The notes under the pieces are model-generated. The model searched no databases, was not told the origin of the DNA, and saw only the letters and a list, made by a program, of their open reading frames with translations. 64,000 nt of DNA from Ignavibacteriales bacterium (lineage in GTDB: Bacteria > Bacteroidota > Ignavibacteria > Ignavibacteriales > Ignavibacteriaceae). The translations under genes were made by a program, and so were the position numbers. Position 1 is the first letter of the stretch; the number at the start of each line of letters is the position of its first letter. Location of the stretch: assembly GCA_037444745.1 (NCBI GenBank), contig JBBILT010000003.1, forward strand, positions 263,532 through 327,531. The letters run 5' to 3'. Shown here one piece after another: positions 1 through 10,340 of the stretch.

Positions 1-156
1 CTTTATGATATTTGTACATGCCTCATCAACAGCAAGAATAATATTTTCAGTATCATCAGTTGAGACATTTGCTTCAGAAGCAGCGGCGCTTATAAAGTCC
101 CTGATAAGAGAGAGGTTTTCGGTTTTGCTTTTTACAATTATTTTTTTCGTTTTCAC
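1..156 (-). CDS. anti-sigma factor serine kinase, RsbW/SpoIIAB-like (first 52 codons only; gene continues past window start)
   Basis: My minus-strand translation from GTG at 156 gives VKTKKIIVKSKTENLSLIRDFISAAASEANVSTDDTENIILAVDEACTNIIK. The DEAxTN N-box is typical of RsbW-type HATPase kinases. The gene starts 1 nt after the STAS gene stop. It is absent from the ORF track because it is truncated. Confidence 0.6.
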   Translation of the reverse strand, partial: MKTKKIIVKSKTENLSLIRDFISAAASEANVSTDDTENIILAVDEACTNIIK

Positions 157-157
157 T

Positions 158-511
158 TTATCTGGTCTCAACAAATTTCTTTATTGCTTCATCTTCTGAT
201 TTAAAAATTTCATAAAGAAGAGGAAATCCAAGCAAATCAAAGATGTTATAAACTTTATCACTCATACCTGCAAACTTTATATCGCCTTTACTGTCGCGAA
301 TTTTTTCTATGTATGCCATAAAAACACCAAGCCCTGCACTACTAATGTATGCCAGGTCTTTAAATTCCACTACAATTTGAAAACGATTTTTATCGATCAA
401 ATCGACAAAGTTATTTTCAAGGATTGGAGCGGTATGAGCATCAAGAAATCCTTTTAGGTTAATAACGCTTACATCACCTTTGTCTTTAATTGAGGTGCTG
501 AATTCTGCCAT
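158..511 (-). CDS. STAS-domain anti-sigma factor antagonist (RsbV/SpoIIAA-like)
   Basis: 117 aa with STAS-like layout (VINLKGFLDAHTAP...LAYISSAGLGVF). GGAG lies 7 nt upstream of the ATG. Sits between a PP2C phosphatase gene and an RsbW-like kinase gene. Confidence 0.85.
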   Translation of the reverse strand: MAEFSTSIKDKGDVSVINLKGFLDAHTAPILENNFVDLIDKNRFQIVVEFKDLAYISSAGLGVFMAYIEKIRDSKGDIKFAGMSDKVYNIFDLLGFPLLYEIFKSEDEAIKKFVETR

Positions 512-2585
512 TCTTAATCTCCATATAATTATTTTTTTTATTCCACTTTAATATAACTAAAGTTATATCATCATATTGTGAGTGGTCACTATAAAACAAT
601 GTGACTTCTTTAATAACTTCATTAGAAATTTTGTCAACAGTTTGATCAGCATTATTTAATAAGATTTTTATAAATCTTTCATCACCAAAATCCTCAAGCT
701 CTTTATTTTTTGCTTCAGTTATTCCATCTGTGTAAAAAATCAAATTGTCATTCTGCTTCAAATCAATTTTAAATTCTTCAAGATGCTCTTTAAAATGATT
801 GGTATTAGTCAACCCTAACCCAATACCTGATGGTTTAAATAAATTAACCTCGCCGTTGCGGATTAAGATTGCCGGACAATGCCCGGCGCGGGAGAAATAA
901 ATTACTTCTTCGTCCATATTTATTAAGCCGTATAAAGCACTTACAAAACTTTTTTTACTCAGAGTACTTTTTAAAATATGGTTTGCCTGAACTAAAATTT
1001 CTTTGGGACTTTGAATCATTTGAGAAAGAGATTCAAATATTCCTTTTATCTCTGCCATAATAAATGCAGCTGAAATTCCTTTTCCGGAAACATCAGCAAT
1101 AATAAAACCGACTTTATCTTTTGATATTTCAAAAAAATCATAATAGTCGCCGCCAACTTCAAATGCAGGAATGAATACTGAAGAGATAGATAAATTTTCA
1201 TAATCGGGATTTTTTGATGGTAATATTTTTCTTTGAATTTCTCTTGCTACATCTAACTCTTTTTCTAATCTTTCTTTTTCTATCGATTGTTCTAACAGAA
1301 TTGAATTTTCAATAGCTACTGACGCATAATCAGAGAAAGTATTAATTGCGATCTTATCTTCTTCATAAAAAATAAAATCATTTTTACGAGCAGTAACCAG
1401 ATATCCTTTAACTTCATTATAACTTTTTAATGGGGAAACAGCAATACTTCCAAATTTTTCAGATAGTTGAGATTTTTTTGCAAACTTTGAAAGGTTACAA
1501 ATTTTTGTTTCTGTTATTTTTTCACAGATGCCGCTTTCTAATAAAAACTGATTTATTAAATCAGCATCTACATAGGCAATGTTTTTATTTGCAACAACAT
1601 TAGTGGAATCATCATTTTTTATTACAATCCAAGCCGCATCTGCACTACTAACTTTAGTCGCTATATCTGTTATAGTTTCTGCAAGCTCATCAAAATCTAA
1701 AACCTGTGTAATAAGTTTACTGAAATATTGAAGCGATGAAACTTCTTTCGCTTTACGATCATAGGCTTCAGCAGTTGGAATATGAAAAAGTGTTGTAAAA
1801 AATAGTACACTAAAATAAATAGCACCATATAATAACATTAGATTAAAAAACTGTTGAAAGCTTGGAGAAAAGTTCATCAAAATTTTTCCATGAAAATCAT
1901 TTTCTCCACTATTGATTAAATTTAAAATAAACAGAGTTAATATTATGATTGATAGAATTAGCAGAGATATTTTTTCTTTTTTAGAAATAAAAGCTATCCA
2001 AGATATTCTAATTGAGTTGAAGACTATCAGAATTATTGAAATTATAAAAAAAGAATTATTAATGTATTCATAACGCGGAGCTTTAAATAAAAGATTTGAT
2101 ACTGAAGTTAATCCAATAAAAATAAGCATTGCTAAAAAATATGTTCCTCTGCCCCTATTCTGTTTGTGGAAGTATAGTTCTTTAAACACAATTAATAAGT
2201 ACGAGCTAATAAAAAGAAACATGAAAGCATAAATAGTATAAATAATACTTTCCAATAATCCAGGTTGAGTTATTCTATTTGAGATATTTTCAAATAAAAA
2301 ATTCAGTATTGTTTCAGAAAAGATAATAGCTAAAAAAATGAATGCGTTTATAATGCCTATATTTAAAACTAAATTGGATGGTGTGGGGTTTTTCGTTCTG
2401 ATTATTTTGAGCAGATAAAGAGAAAGGATAATAAATGTTATGATAACCATTAAATCATTAATCAAAAATAAGATTAAAGAATCTTTACTGATGAAAAATA
2501 TTCGATCTACGAAGAGCAAAACGAATGATGCTCCAAGTAGAACCGAAATTATACCAGAATTTATTTTTCCGTTTAAATAATTCAA
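486..2585 (-). CDS. membrane-anchored GAF + PP2C/SpoIIE-family serine phosphatase (RsbU-like)
   Basis: 699 aa. The N-terminal ~270 aa are strongly hydrophobic with multiple TM segments. A GAF-like region sits in the middle. The C-terminal SpoIIE/PP2C motifs are present (GGDYYDF, IADVSGKG, YTDGITEA, DDITLV). Confidence 0.85.
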   Translation of the reverse strand: MNYLNGKINSGIISVLLGASFVLLFVDRIFFISKDSLILFLINDLMVIITFIILSLYLLKIIRTKNPTPSNLVLNIGIINAFIFLAIIFSETILNFLFENISNRITQPGLLESIIYTIYAFMFLFISSYLLIVFKELYFHKQNRGRGTYFLAMLIFIGLTSVSNLLFKAPRYEYINNSFFIISIILIVFNSIRISWIAFISKKEKISLLILSIIILTLFILNLINSGENDFHGKILMNFSPSFQQFFNLMLLYGAIYFSVLFFTTLFHIPTAEAYDRKAKEVSSLQYFSKLITQVLDFDELAETITDIATKVSSADAAWIVIKNDDSTNVVANKNIAYVDADLINQFLLESGICEKITETKICNLSKFAKKSQLSEKFGSIAVSPLKSYNEVKGYLVTARKNDFIFYEEDKIAINTFSDYASVAIENSILLEQSIEKERLEKELDVAREIQRKILPSKNPDYENLSISSVFIPAFEVGGDYYDFFEISKDKVGFIIADVSGKGISAAFIMAEIKGIFESLSQMIQSPKEILVQANHILKSTLSKKSFVSALYGLINMDEEVIYFSRAGHCPAILIRNGEVNLFKPSGIGLGLTNTNHFKEHLEEFKIDLKQNDNLIFYTDGITEAKNKELEDFGDERFIKILLNNADQTVDKISNEVIKEVTLFYSDHSQYDDITLVILKWNKKNNYMEIKNGRIQHLN

Positions 2586-2761
2586 TTTATCTCATTAGCC
2601 TATTGATTTTCTATTTCTCGTTGTTTAAGATAAATTAAATTAATTAAGTTTTAAAGAAAACAATTATAGAAGGGATATAACTTGAATAACGGTGATTTAT
2701 CTTGACTGGCGGTGAAGATTTTAACGCTGATGGCAGTTTGAAATAATGATATTTTTGACTT

Positions 2762-4327
2762 TTAGATTTGTATTACCTCTGCTCCATTGTTTTTGATTTC
2801 ACGCAAATTATTTTGATTATTTTCATCATCTTTATTTTCATAATTTTTCATCTGCTGCCTGAATCTTTTTAACTCCTTTCTGAGATTATCCATTTCCTTC
2901 TTTAGTTCCTTATTCTGAAATATCATCAAACTATCATTCAAGAAATTATTAACATAATTTTTGTTAATAGAATTGTTTAGTGAATCAATATCAATATTTT
3001 TTAGATTCATTAATGAATCCAAATTAAATTCTATCTTTTTACCCTTTTTAGGATTATCAGTTTTATATTCAAATTTAAAATTCTTATTATCAAAAGGAAC
3101 AGAATTAGCGGGAGGTCGACCAACCGTAACATTTTTTGTTGCTTCATTAATTATAATTGCAATGCTGTCAAAATCAGGCAATTCGATATTTTGAATATCA
3201 ATATCAGGAATATCACTATTTTGTAAAGTTACTTTTACAAAATTGTTATTAGTAAAAACTTTGAATTGATGTGATAGTGAAGAACTCCTTTTTCTATGAT
3301 TAAAAGTCGAATCCATATAGAAAGAAAAGTTCTGAACATTTTTATTTTTCTCACTCACATGTCTCAAATCTTCATCCACGTTTTTCATATTTTTTTTGAA
3401 GTCCGCAATATCAAATTCAAAATTTTCCTTAAATATAGAATCAGGTGTAAAAAATATGTACTGATCGTCTTTAGTATTTTTTGCTTCACTAACCCATTTC
3501 GCTACTGAGCTAACATCAAAATTTGCAACATCAGCAGAAACAATTTTATTAAGATTATCTGAAGCATGTTTTTGAGCAAAAGAAATTATATCTGCAAGAA
3601 TAGCTTTCCGTGTATTCCAAATATTTGGATTTATTGCTACAGCGTTTTTATCACTTACCAAAACCAAAGAAGAAAGTTGTTCTGAATATGAACCAATAAT
3701 AGAATCAATCTGTCTGGTTTCTAAATCACCAAGTCCTAATGCAGTTACAAACTTTCTAAGATTACCAACCGGCTGCATTTTATCTGCGTCATCAATTTTT
3801 TTAATTTCAAAATACTCAGCTCCTTGTGGATCATATCCAAGTTTTAACATTTGCTGATTGGTGCTATCAAGTGGCAGCTGCTGGTAAACAGCAAAGTTAA
3901 ATATATCTTCATTTGTCAGATTAGTAGCATAAAGAAGCGGCTGTAAATTTTGCTTGTAAAATCCAGCGAGATTAGATTTTTGTTCTTCTATTAAATGATT
4001 AATAAAGTTGGGATTAAACTTTAATAAAATCATTAATCCAATTGTTAAAAATAAAAGCGCTGCAGCAGGAATCCATTTAGCCAATTTTAATTTAGATGAT
4101 GGATTTTGATTTAATGACGCAAGCACTCTTGTATCAAAAAAAGGTGAACCAGAAATTTTTTCTATCGAGCTTGCTGTTAGATCTTTTAATTTTTTAATGT
4201 CAGCTAATTCTTTTTGAAGTTCTAAGGATGTTTTAATTTTTTCTTCAAGATATTTTTTTTCTGCCTGAGAAAGTTCTCCATCTAAATATGCTGATAATAA
4301 TTCTTTGTCATTATAAAAATTTTTCAT
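2762..4327 (-). CDS. putative transmembrane anti-sigma factor with large uncharacterised extracytoplasmic domain
   Basis: N-terminus LSAYLDGELSQAEKKYLEEKI is the classic anti-sigma motif. There is one TM segment (WIPAAALLFLTIGLMILL). The start overlaps the ECF sigma stop (ATGA at 4324-4327). The remaining ~400 aa contain no motif I recognise. Confidence 0.6.
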   Translation of the reverse strand: MKNFYNDKELLSAYLDGELSQAEKKYLEEKIKTSLELQKELADIKKLKDLTASSIEKISGSPFFDTRVLASLNQNPSSKLKLAKWIPAAALLFLTIGLMILLKFNPNFINHLIEEQKSNLAGFYKQNLQPLLYATNLTNEDIFNFAVYQQLPLDSTNQQMLKLGYDPQGAEYFEIKKIDDADKMQPVGNLRKFVTALGLGDLETRQIDSIIGSYSEQLSSLVLVSDKNAVAINPNIWNTRKAILADIISFAQKHASDNLNKIVSADVANFDVSSVAKWVSEAKNTKDDQYIFFTPDSIFKENFEFDIADFKKNMKNVDEDLRHVSEKNKNVQNFSFYMDSTFNHRKRSSSLSHQFKVFTNNNFVKVTLQNSDIPDIDIQNIELPDFDSIAIIINEATKNVTVGRPPANSVPFDNKNFKFEYKTDNPKKGKKIEFNLDSLMNLKNIDIDSLNNSINKNYVNNFLNDSLMIFQNKELKKEMDNLRKELKRFRQQMKNYENKDDENNQNNLREIKNNGAEVIQI

Positions 4328-4923
4328 TCCATCAGCTCCTTCTCCAGAGGTTGAAGCAATTTTTTAAGGGCTTCCCTTGCTCTGAAGATCCTTGATTTAA
4401 CAGTGCCAATTTCACAATCCATTGATTCTGCAATTTCCTGATAACTGAATCCCTCAATATCCTTTAAGACGAGTGGAATGCGCAATTTATCAGGTAAAGC
4501 AGCAATCGCATTTCTAACAATCTGTTTTATATCGGAATTTTCATTAACACTTTCAAATGCAGGCTCCTCAATTTCATCATTTAATGGCAAAAATATTCTT
4601 CTGATATTTTTTTTCCTTAAATGATCTTTGCATTTGTTTATTGTAATCCGATATATCCAGGTAGTAAACTGAGATTCAAACCTAAAACTTTTAAGATTTC
4701 TGTAAACAGTAATAAAAACTTCCTGTGCAATGTCATCAACTAAATCACTATTTGTAAGAGTGATATAGATGATATTACGAACCTTATCCTTATGCCTTTT
4801 TAATAACTCACCAAAAACTGATTCTTCACCATCAATAAATCGCTTTATTAACGAAAAATCGTCATCCAGGATTAATATTTTTGGCTGTGGCATATCTTTT
4901 CTAATTTTATCTTCAAAATCCAT
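4324..4923 (-). CDS. RNA polymerase ECF-type sigma-70 family factor
   Basis: Region 2 (DIAQEVFITVYRNLKSFRFESQFTTWIYRITIN) and region 4 (FSYQEIAESMDCEIGTVKSRIFRAREAL) signatures are present. Translationally coupled to the downstream anti-sigma gene. Confidence 0.9.
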   Translation of the reverse strand: MDFEDKIRKDMPQPKILILDDDFSLIKRFIDGEESVFGELLKRHKDKVRNIIYITLTNSDLVDDIAQEVFITVYRNLKSFRFESQFTTWIYRITINKCKDHLRKKNIRRIFLPLNDEIEEPAFESVNENSDIKQIVRNAIAALPDKLRIPLVLKDIEGFSYQEIAESMDCEIGTVKSRIFRAREALKKLLQPLEKELME

Positions 4924-4930
4924 AATTTTA

Positions 4931-4955
4931 GACGTCTTTTTATTATTTTGGTTCC
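4931..4955 (-). promoter_or_regulatory. ECF-type promoter GGAAC-N16-CGTC directly upstream of the ECF sigma gene
   Basis: The minus strand reads GGAAC (4955-4951), a 16-nt spacer, CGTC (4934-4931), then 7 nt to the ATG at 4923. This matches the general ECF autoregulatory promoter pattern. Confidence 0.5.
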
Positions 4956-5079
4956 GAAAAATAAATAATAATTTACATCACTTTTTACTATTTTGATAAC
5001 CGGTTAATTGAATTGTTTTATCCTATTGCATGAGTAAATTACCTTAAGTAAATTAAAAACAAAATTTTAGGAGATTATA

Positions 5080-5418
5080 ATGAAAACTAAAGTTCTAGAA
5101 AAGTATAATGCAGTTGTTATTGAGCTAAAGGGTAATGTGATGGGCGGTGATGATACAAAAGAATTCAACCAGCTCTTACATAAATTAATTGATGAGGGGA
5201 AGAAAAATGTTATTGTTGATCTTTCTGAAGTTAAATTTATGAATAGTTCTGGATTAGGAATGCTTATAAGCAGTTTGACAACTATGAAAAGAGAAAATGG
5301 AAGTTTAAAACTAGTTAACGTAACTGAAAAAATTGAAAGCTTATTAATAATTACAAAGCTCATTACAATTTTTGAATCTTACGAATCAGTTGAAGAAGCT
5401 GTAAAAAGTTTTGGATGA
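5080..5418 (+). CDS. STAS-domain anti-sigma factor antagonist (second copy)
   Basis: 112 aa with VVIELKGNVMGGDD...FMNSSGLGMLIS, typical of SpoIIAA/RsbV-like proteins. Strong RBS (AGGAG) upstream. Divergent from the ECF sigma gene. Confidence 0.85.
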   Translation: MKTKVLEKYNAVVIELKGNVMGGDDTKEFNQLLHKLIDEGKKNVIVDLSEVKFMNSSGLGMLISSLTTMKRENGSLKLVNVTEKIESLLIITKLITIFESYESVEEAVKSFG

Positions 5419-5442
5419 TCTTTTTTTTAATCTAATATCTTT

Positions 5443-5479
5443 AAAACTCCGGGTTGAAAAATTCGGAGTTTTTATTTTG
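5443..5479 (+). terminator. Rho-independent terminator after the STAS gene
   Basis: Stem AAAACTCCG (5443-5451) pairs with CGGAGTTTT (5464-5472) and is followed by a T-rich tract. Confidence 0.6.
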
Positions 5480-5498
5480 TTTAATCTAAAATAATTAA

Positions 5499-6788
<1,290 letters not shown>

Positions 6789-6872
6789 TTCTTGATTTAT
6801 TTTAATCTGGATTTTGCACTCTGATTACAGCATTTTAACTATCATAATTTATTAATATCAGATTAAAAAAAT

Positions 6873-8081
6873 ATGAAAATGTCCGGTGGTCCCGCATCCG
6901 TAAACGTTAAAATTTTTCTGCTATTTATTGCTCTCTTAATAGCTATAGCAACATTGTACTATACTCAAACCCTTGTTACAAAACTTCAAAATAAAGAAAG
7001 AGAAATGGTAAAACTTTATGCTAAGGGGTTGGAGTATATTGCCAATACAACTTCTGCAGACGTTGATCTTACATTTCTTTTTGATAACATTATCAAACCC
7101 ATTGATTTTCCAATAATACTTACAGACAGGACTGATACTGTTAATCTTATTAATAAAGCCGATATCAGAAATGTTTATTATGACTCAACTTTAACTAAAG
7201 ATAAATTAAAAATCTATCTTCAAAAACTTGTAAACGAGATGGACGTTATTCACGAGCCTATAAATATTACTTACGCAGATACAATTGTTCTGCAGAGGAT
7301 ACATTATGGCGATTCAGAATTAATAACCCAACTTCGATATTATCCCTATTTACAAATAGCTATTGCCGCACTCTTTATAATTATTGGATATATAGGATTT
7401 AGTTATATAAAAAAAAGTGAGCAAAGCAACATCTGGGTGGGAATGGCAAAAGAAACGGCTCATCAATTTGGAACTCCAATATCAAGCTTAATGGGTTGGA
7501 TTGAAATGATGAAACTGAATTATCAAAAACCTGATGCAGTAATGGATATTACTGAAGAAATTTCCAGTGATGTTGATAAACTAAATAAAATAACTTACCG
7601 CTTTTCTAAAATTGGTTCGAAACCTGAAATTAAAAATCACGTAGTGTTTGAAGAAGTAAAAAAAGTTACAGAATATTTTAATAGAAGATTACCTCAAACC
7701 GGTAAATCAGTTGAATTAACTGTTAGCGGTAATCAGTCACTTTGTGCTAAAATGAATTCTGAATTATTTGAATGGGTGCTCGAAAATCTTGTAAAGAATG
7801 CTTTAGATGCAATTGAAAATGAGAGTGGCAAAATTAATATTGAAGTGATTGACGGAAAAAAAGGAGTTGAGATTGAAGTTTCTGATAATGGAAAAGGAAT
7901 TGATTTACGAAGAAGAAAAGATGTTTTTAGACCAGGGTACAGCACTAAAAAACGCGGCTGGGGTTTAGGTTTAAGCCTATCTAAAAGAATAGTTGAGGGA
8001 TATCACGGTGGAAAAATTTTTGTCAAAAACTCTGTGCCTGGTGAGGGTACCACTTTCAAAATAATCTTAAAAAAATGTTAA
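6873..8081 (+). CDS. sensor histidine kinase (two TM segments, no adjacent response regulator)
   Basis: H-box-like HQFGTPISSLMGW. HATPase N/G boxes NALDA, DNGKGI, GWGLGLS. Two hydrophobic segments flank a ~130-aa outside loop. Confidence 0.85.
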   Translation: MKMSGGPASVNVKIFLLFIALLIAIATLYYTQTLVTKLQNKEREMVKLYAKGLEYIANTTSADVDLTFLFDNIIKPIDFPIILTDRTDTVNLINKADIRNVYYDSTLTKDKLKIYLQKLVNEMDVIHEPINITYADTIVLQRIHYGDSELITQLRYYPYLQIAIAALFIIIGYIGFSYIKKSEQSNIWVGMAKETAHQFGTPISSLMGWIEMMKLNYQKPDAVMDITEEISSDVDKLNKITYRFSKIGSKPEIKNHVVFEEVKKVTEYFNRRLPQTGKSVELTVSGNQSLCAKMNSELFEWVLENLVKNALDAIENESGKINIEVIDGKKGVEIEVSDNGKGIDLRRRKDVFRPGYSTKKRGWGLGLSLSKRIVEGYHGGKIFVKNSVPGEGTTFKIILKKC

Positions 8082-9024
8082 CTCATCGTTAGCATTCTTT
8101 CAATTGGGAGAAAAGCTTTTTTTCTGATATTCTCATCCATTACTATTTCCGGTGATTTATTTTTCATGCAAAGAAATAACTTTTCAATCGTTTTCATTTT
8201 CATATATGGACAATCATTACAGGAACACGAATCATCTTCTGGCGGTGCCGGAATAAATTCCTTTTTGGGCTCGGCTTTTTTCATCTGATGAATGATTCCT
8301 GTTTCGGTGGCTACTATATATTTTCTTGAGTTATCTTTTTGTACAAAACTAAGCAGCTTACTGGTAGAACCTATAAAATCAGAATGCATTAAAATATGTT
8401 CCTCACACTCAGGATGCGAGAATAGTTTAGCCTCTGGATATTTAATTTTAAGAGCGATTATTTCCCTTTCACTAAACGTCTCGTGCACATTGCAACTTCC
8501 ATCCCACAACATTATATCTCTTCCAGTTTTTTTAATTAAATATTTCCCCAGATTTCTATCTGGAGAAAAAAGTATTGGCTGATCAACCGGTATTTGATTA
8601 ATTATTTTTTCTGCACTGCTTGAAGTACAAATTATATCACTTAATGCTTTAACTTCAGCAGAACAATTAATGTATGTGATAGCCAAATGCTCAGGATGTT
8701 TATCTCTGAAAATTTAAATTCATCCGCAGGGCAACCTTCAGCTAATTAACAGCTTGCATTTAAATCAGGAATTAAAACTAACTTTTCCGGATTCAATATT
8801 TTAGCGGTCTCAGCCATAATATGAACGCCCGCAAATACAATTACATCCGCACTTGTAGATTTAGCTTTATTAGCAAGTTCAAGACTATCACCAACGAAGT
8901 CAGCTATATCCTGTATATCATCTTCCTGATAGTAATGCGCTAAAATTACTGCATTCGATTTATTCTTGAGTTTTAATATTTCACTTTCAAGGCCAACACT
9001 TTAATTCAGCATACTTTCCATCAT
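8078..9024 (-). pseudogene. nadA: quinolinate synthase (nadA) disrupted by two stop codons and one frameshift
   Basis: ORF 8078-8686 encodes the C-terminal two-thirds of NadA (YINCSAEVKA, HPECEE, CNDCPYMK). The upstream minus-strand frame reads [50 protein letters not shown]...[37 protein letters not shown]. The stops are TAA at 9001-9003 and TAA at 8746-8748. A 1-nt frame change falls in the A4 run at about 8709-8712. Confidence 0.7.
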
Positions 9025-9190
9025 TCAGTTATCCTTTTTACAACTTAAGCAAGGTAAATATTTCCAAATCGAATTTTTTACCGACGCACTTTATACAAAA
9101 TATAACTTTTTATCAAAAATAAATGGCACTTTTATTGTTTATTCAAGACTCGAAATAGTTTAAGCATAGCATCCCTCCAATATGACACAC

Positions 9191-9228
9191 AAAACTGTCA
9201 GGTTTCGCCCTCATAACCTGACAGTTTT
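9191..9228 (-). terminator. 12-bp perfect-stem hairpin downstream of aroB (possible terminator, no clear U-tract)
   Basis: AAAACTGTCAGG (9191-9202) pairs with CCTGACAGTTTT (9217-9228) across a 14-nt loop. A weak T-tract is present only on the plus strand. Confidence 0.3.
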
Positions 9229-9251
9229 CCTCTTTTAAAGCCATCTTTCAT

Positions 9252-10340
9252 TTACACTAATTTTTTCATTCTTTTTATTGAGTTTAATATTAATAACTTA
9301 TCTGCCAAAACATCAACGACAATTTTCCCAATGTCTTCCAAAATAACAAACTTAATTTTCCCTGATAAATTTTTCTTATCCGACATCATTGATTGGTAAA
9401 TTCTTTCTTCATCCAAATTCTTTAAACGTTTGTTGATTGTAATAAATTTATAGTCATTAATAAATTCCCTAAGCTTATCAGTTGAAATATATCCCAACTC
9501 TTCCGATAGGAATAAAGAACAAAAGACACCACCAATTACAGCTTCACCATGTTTCAACTTATAATTTGATTGCACTTCAAATGCGTGAGCAAAAGTGTGT
9601 CCCAGATTTAAGATTTTTCTAAGTCCTATGATCTCTTTCTCATCCTGCGATACAATATTGGATTTTATTTTTAAACATGGTTCTATAATATCCTTATAAT
9701 TTATTTCTTTTTTATTCATAATACTTTCAAGATTCTTTTTTAACCGAGAGTAATTTTTATAATCAGATAAAAATGAGTATTTAAATATTTCACCAATACC
9801 AGAGACTACTTCTCTTTGAGGTAAAGAATCTAAAAACATACTATTTATAAATACACCTTTAGGCTGATAAAATGTTCCGATGAAATTCTTTCTATTATCA
9901 AAATTCACTCCCGTTTTCCCACCGACAGAACTATCAACCATCGATAAAAGAGTTGTGGGTACTTGATAATAACTAATTCCTCGCATAAAAGTGCTAGCAG
10001 TAAAGCCTGCGATATCTCCTGTGATACCACCACCGACAGAAACGATTGAAGAATTTCTATCAAAATAATGTGAACTTAAAAACTTAAAAATATTATAGCA
10101 CTGTTTAAGATTTTTATTTAGCTCCGTAGCATTAAATAAATATTTGTATGATTTACAATTTAAACCCGCAAAATTTTTTCTAAGATATGATGAGTGATAT
10201 TTTTCCACATTCCTGTCAATAATTATCAAGCATTTAGATATTTCCTGGGAATTTAATTTATTTATTAAGCTGGATAATGAATTTTCGCTAATTAGGATTG
10301 GATAAGAATTTTCTTTTAATTTAACTATTATTTTTTTCAC
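9252..10340 (-). CDS. aroB: 3-dehydroquinate synthase
   Basis: Motifs GGGITGDIAGFTAS, VDSSVGGKTG and HTFAHAFE. Overlaps the upstream shikimate kinase gene by 20 nt. Confidence 0.9.
   Translation of the reverse strand: MKKIIVKLKENSYPILISENSLSSLINKLNSQEISKCLIIIDRNVEKYHSSYLRKNFAGLNCKSYKYLFNATELNKNLKQCYNIFKFLSSHYFDRNSSIVSVGGGITGDIAGFTASTFMRGISYYQVPTTLLSMVDSSVGGKTGVNFDNRKNFIGTFYQPKGVFINSMFLDSLPQREVVSGIGEIFKYSFLSDYKNYSRLKKNLESIMNKKEINYKDIIEPCLKIKSNIVSQDEKEIIGLRKILNLGHTFAHAFEVQSNYKLKHGEAVIGGVFCSLFLSEELGYISTDKLREFINDYKFITINKRLKNLDEERIYQSMMSDKKNLSGKIKFVILEDIGKIVVDVLADKLLILNSIKRMKKLV

Noticed and set aside
5-199. 64-aa plus-strand ORF at the window start.
   Set aside because: It is antisense to a clear RsbW-like kinase coding sequence and to the STAS gene end, and its composition is hydrophobic and low-complexity.
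5067-5363. 98-aa minus-strand ORF.
   Set aside because: It is fully antisense to the well-supported STAS gene at 5080-5418.
8687-9024. Possibility that the nadA interruptions reflect recoding or an alternative genetic code.
   Set aside because: TAA is used as the normal stop codon by many genes in this window. Three independent lesions of two types fit decay or error better than programmed recoding.
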